DNA from: Clostridia bacterium
GTDB taxonomy: Bacteria > Bacillota > Clostridia > RGIG6154
Assembly (NCBI GenBank): GCA_045536355.1
Contig: JAZSNJ010000049.1
Location: 1 to 34,360 of the forward strand
Direction of reading: 5' to 3'
Length of the DNA stretch: 34,360 bases
The notes below the pieces were generated by a model that did not search any database, had not been told where the DNA came from, and saw nothing but the letters and a program-made list of their open reading frames with translations. Below are positions 33,908 to 34,360 of the stretch, in pieces. Every line of letters starts with the position of its first letter. Positions within the stretch are counted from its first letter, which is position 1. The translations under genes were made by a program, and so were the position numbers.

Positions 33908-34360
33908 ATGGCAATTGATGTTATCGTAAATGATTTAAATGTTACTCAAATTAAAGTCGTAGGTTGTGGCGGCGGCGGAAATAACGCTGTTAACACTATG
34001 GTTAAAGCAGGTTTAAAGGGTGTAGAATTTATAGCTATCAACACAGATGCTCAAGCACTTTTAACATCTGAAGCTGATGTAAAAATACAAATTGGTGAAA
34101 AACTTACTAAAGGTCTTGGTGCCGGTGCAGATCCCGAAATCGGCAGAAAAGCTGCTGAAGAAAGCGAAGATGAAATTGCTCAGGCTTTAAAAGGTGCCGA
34201 TATGGTATTCGTTACCGCAGGTATGGGTGGTGGAACAGGTACAGGTTCAGCACCAATAGTTGCAAAAGTGGCAAGAGAACTTGGTATACTTACAGTTGGT
34301 GTTGTAACGAAACCATTTACTTTTGAAGGTAAATTAAGAACTGAAAACGCATTAAATGGT
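33908..34360 (+). CDS. ftsZ: Cell division GTPase FtsZ, N-terminal 151 codons; continues beyond the window end
   Basis: Not in the ORF track (no stop in window). GAGGAGG RBS, then [29 protein letters not shown]...AINTDAQAL...[11 protein letters not shown]...[13 protein letters not shown] (tubulin signature GGGTGTG). Confidence 0.95.
   Translation, partial: MAIDVIVNDLNVTQIKVVGCGGGGNNAVNTMVKAGLKGVEFIAINTDAQALLTSEADVKIQIGEKLTKGLGAGADPEIGRKAAEESEDEIAQALKGADMVFVTAGMGGGTGTGSAPIVAKVARELGILTVGVVTKPFTFEGKLRTENALNG

Noticed and set aside
1-34360. Searched for mobile elements, CRISPR arrays, tRNA/rRNA genes, toxin-antitoxin pairs and defence islands
   Set aside because: I saw no transposase or integrase-like ORFs, no regularly spaced direct repeats, and no cloverleaf-compatible intergenic segments. 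Every intergenic gap is under 260 nt and is accounted for by promoters and terminators. No unexplained multi-gene block is present.

Overview
AT-rich chromosomal core region from a low-GC Gram-positive bacterium, probably Bacillota/Clostridia-like (inferred from gene content and promoter/RBS style). Almost every base is explained by housekeeping genes. Gene order: (1) the 5' part of a TetM/EF-G-like translation GTPase on the minus strand, running off the window; (2) a small degenerate HisRS/HisZ-like protein; (3) a LivJ-HMGF-type branched-chain amino-acid ABC importer with an internal terminator after the binding-protein gene; (4) an orphan WalK/PhoR-type sensor kinase; (5) a tightly packed run of DivIVA-domain protein, Lrp/AsnC regulator, class-I aminotransferase, Ppx/GppA phosphatase and TIGR01212 radical-SAM protein; (6) a heterodimeric ABC exporter pair with one degenerate ATP site; (7) a minus-strand glycogen operon, glgA-glgP-GH13; (8) a division/cell-wall (dcw) cluster, mraZ-rsmH-ftsL-PBP-murE-murF-mraY-ftsW-murA-ftsQ-ftsZ, with ftsZ truncated at the window end. 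I found no tRNA/rRNA genes, CRISPR arrays, transposases, integrases, phage genes or recognisable defence systems, and I see no convincing new multi-gene system. The least explained element is the 264-aa mini HisRS/HisZ-like gene at 1193-1987. Other points worth a second look are regulatory: GTGG-box array and phased A-tracts at the mraZ promoter, a perfect palindrome on the ABC exporter promoter, and hairpins inside the dcw cluster. Architectural oddities are a dcw cluster lacking murD/murG/ftsA, a kinase with no response regulator, and an insertion in LivG. Several ORF-track starts were moved to internal ATGs with better Shine-Dalgarno spacing. Two edge-truncated genes absent from the ORF track (the GTPase and ftsZ) were recovered by manual translation.
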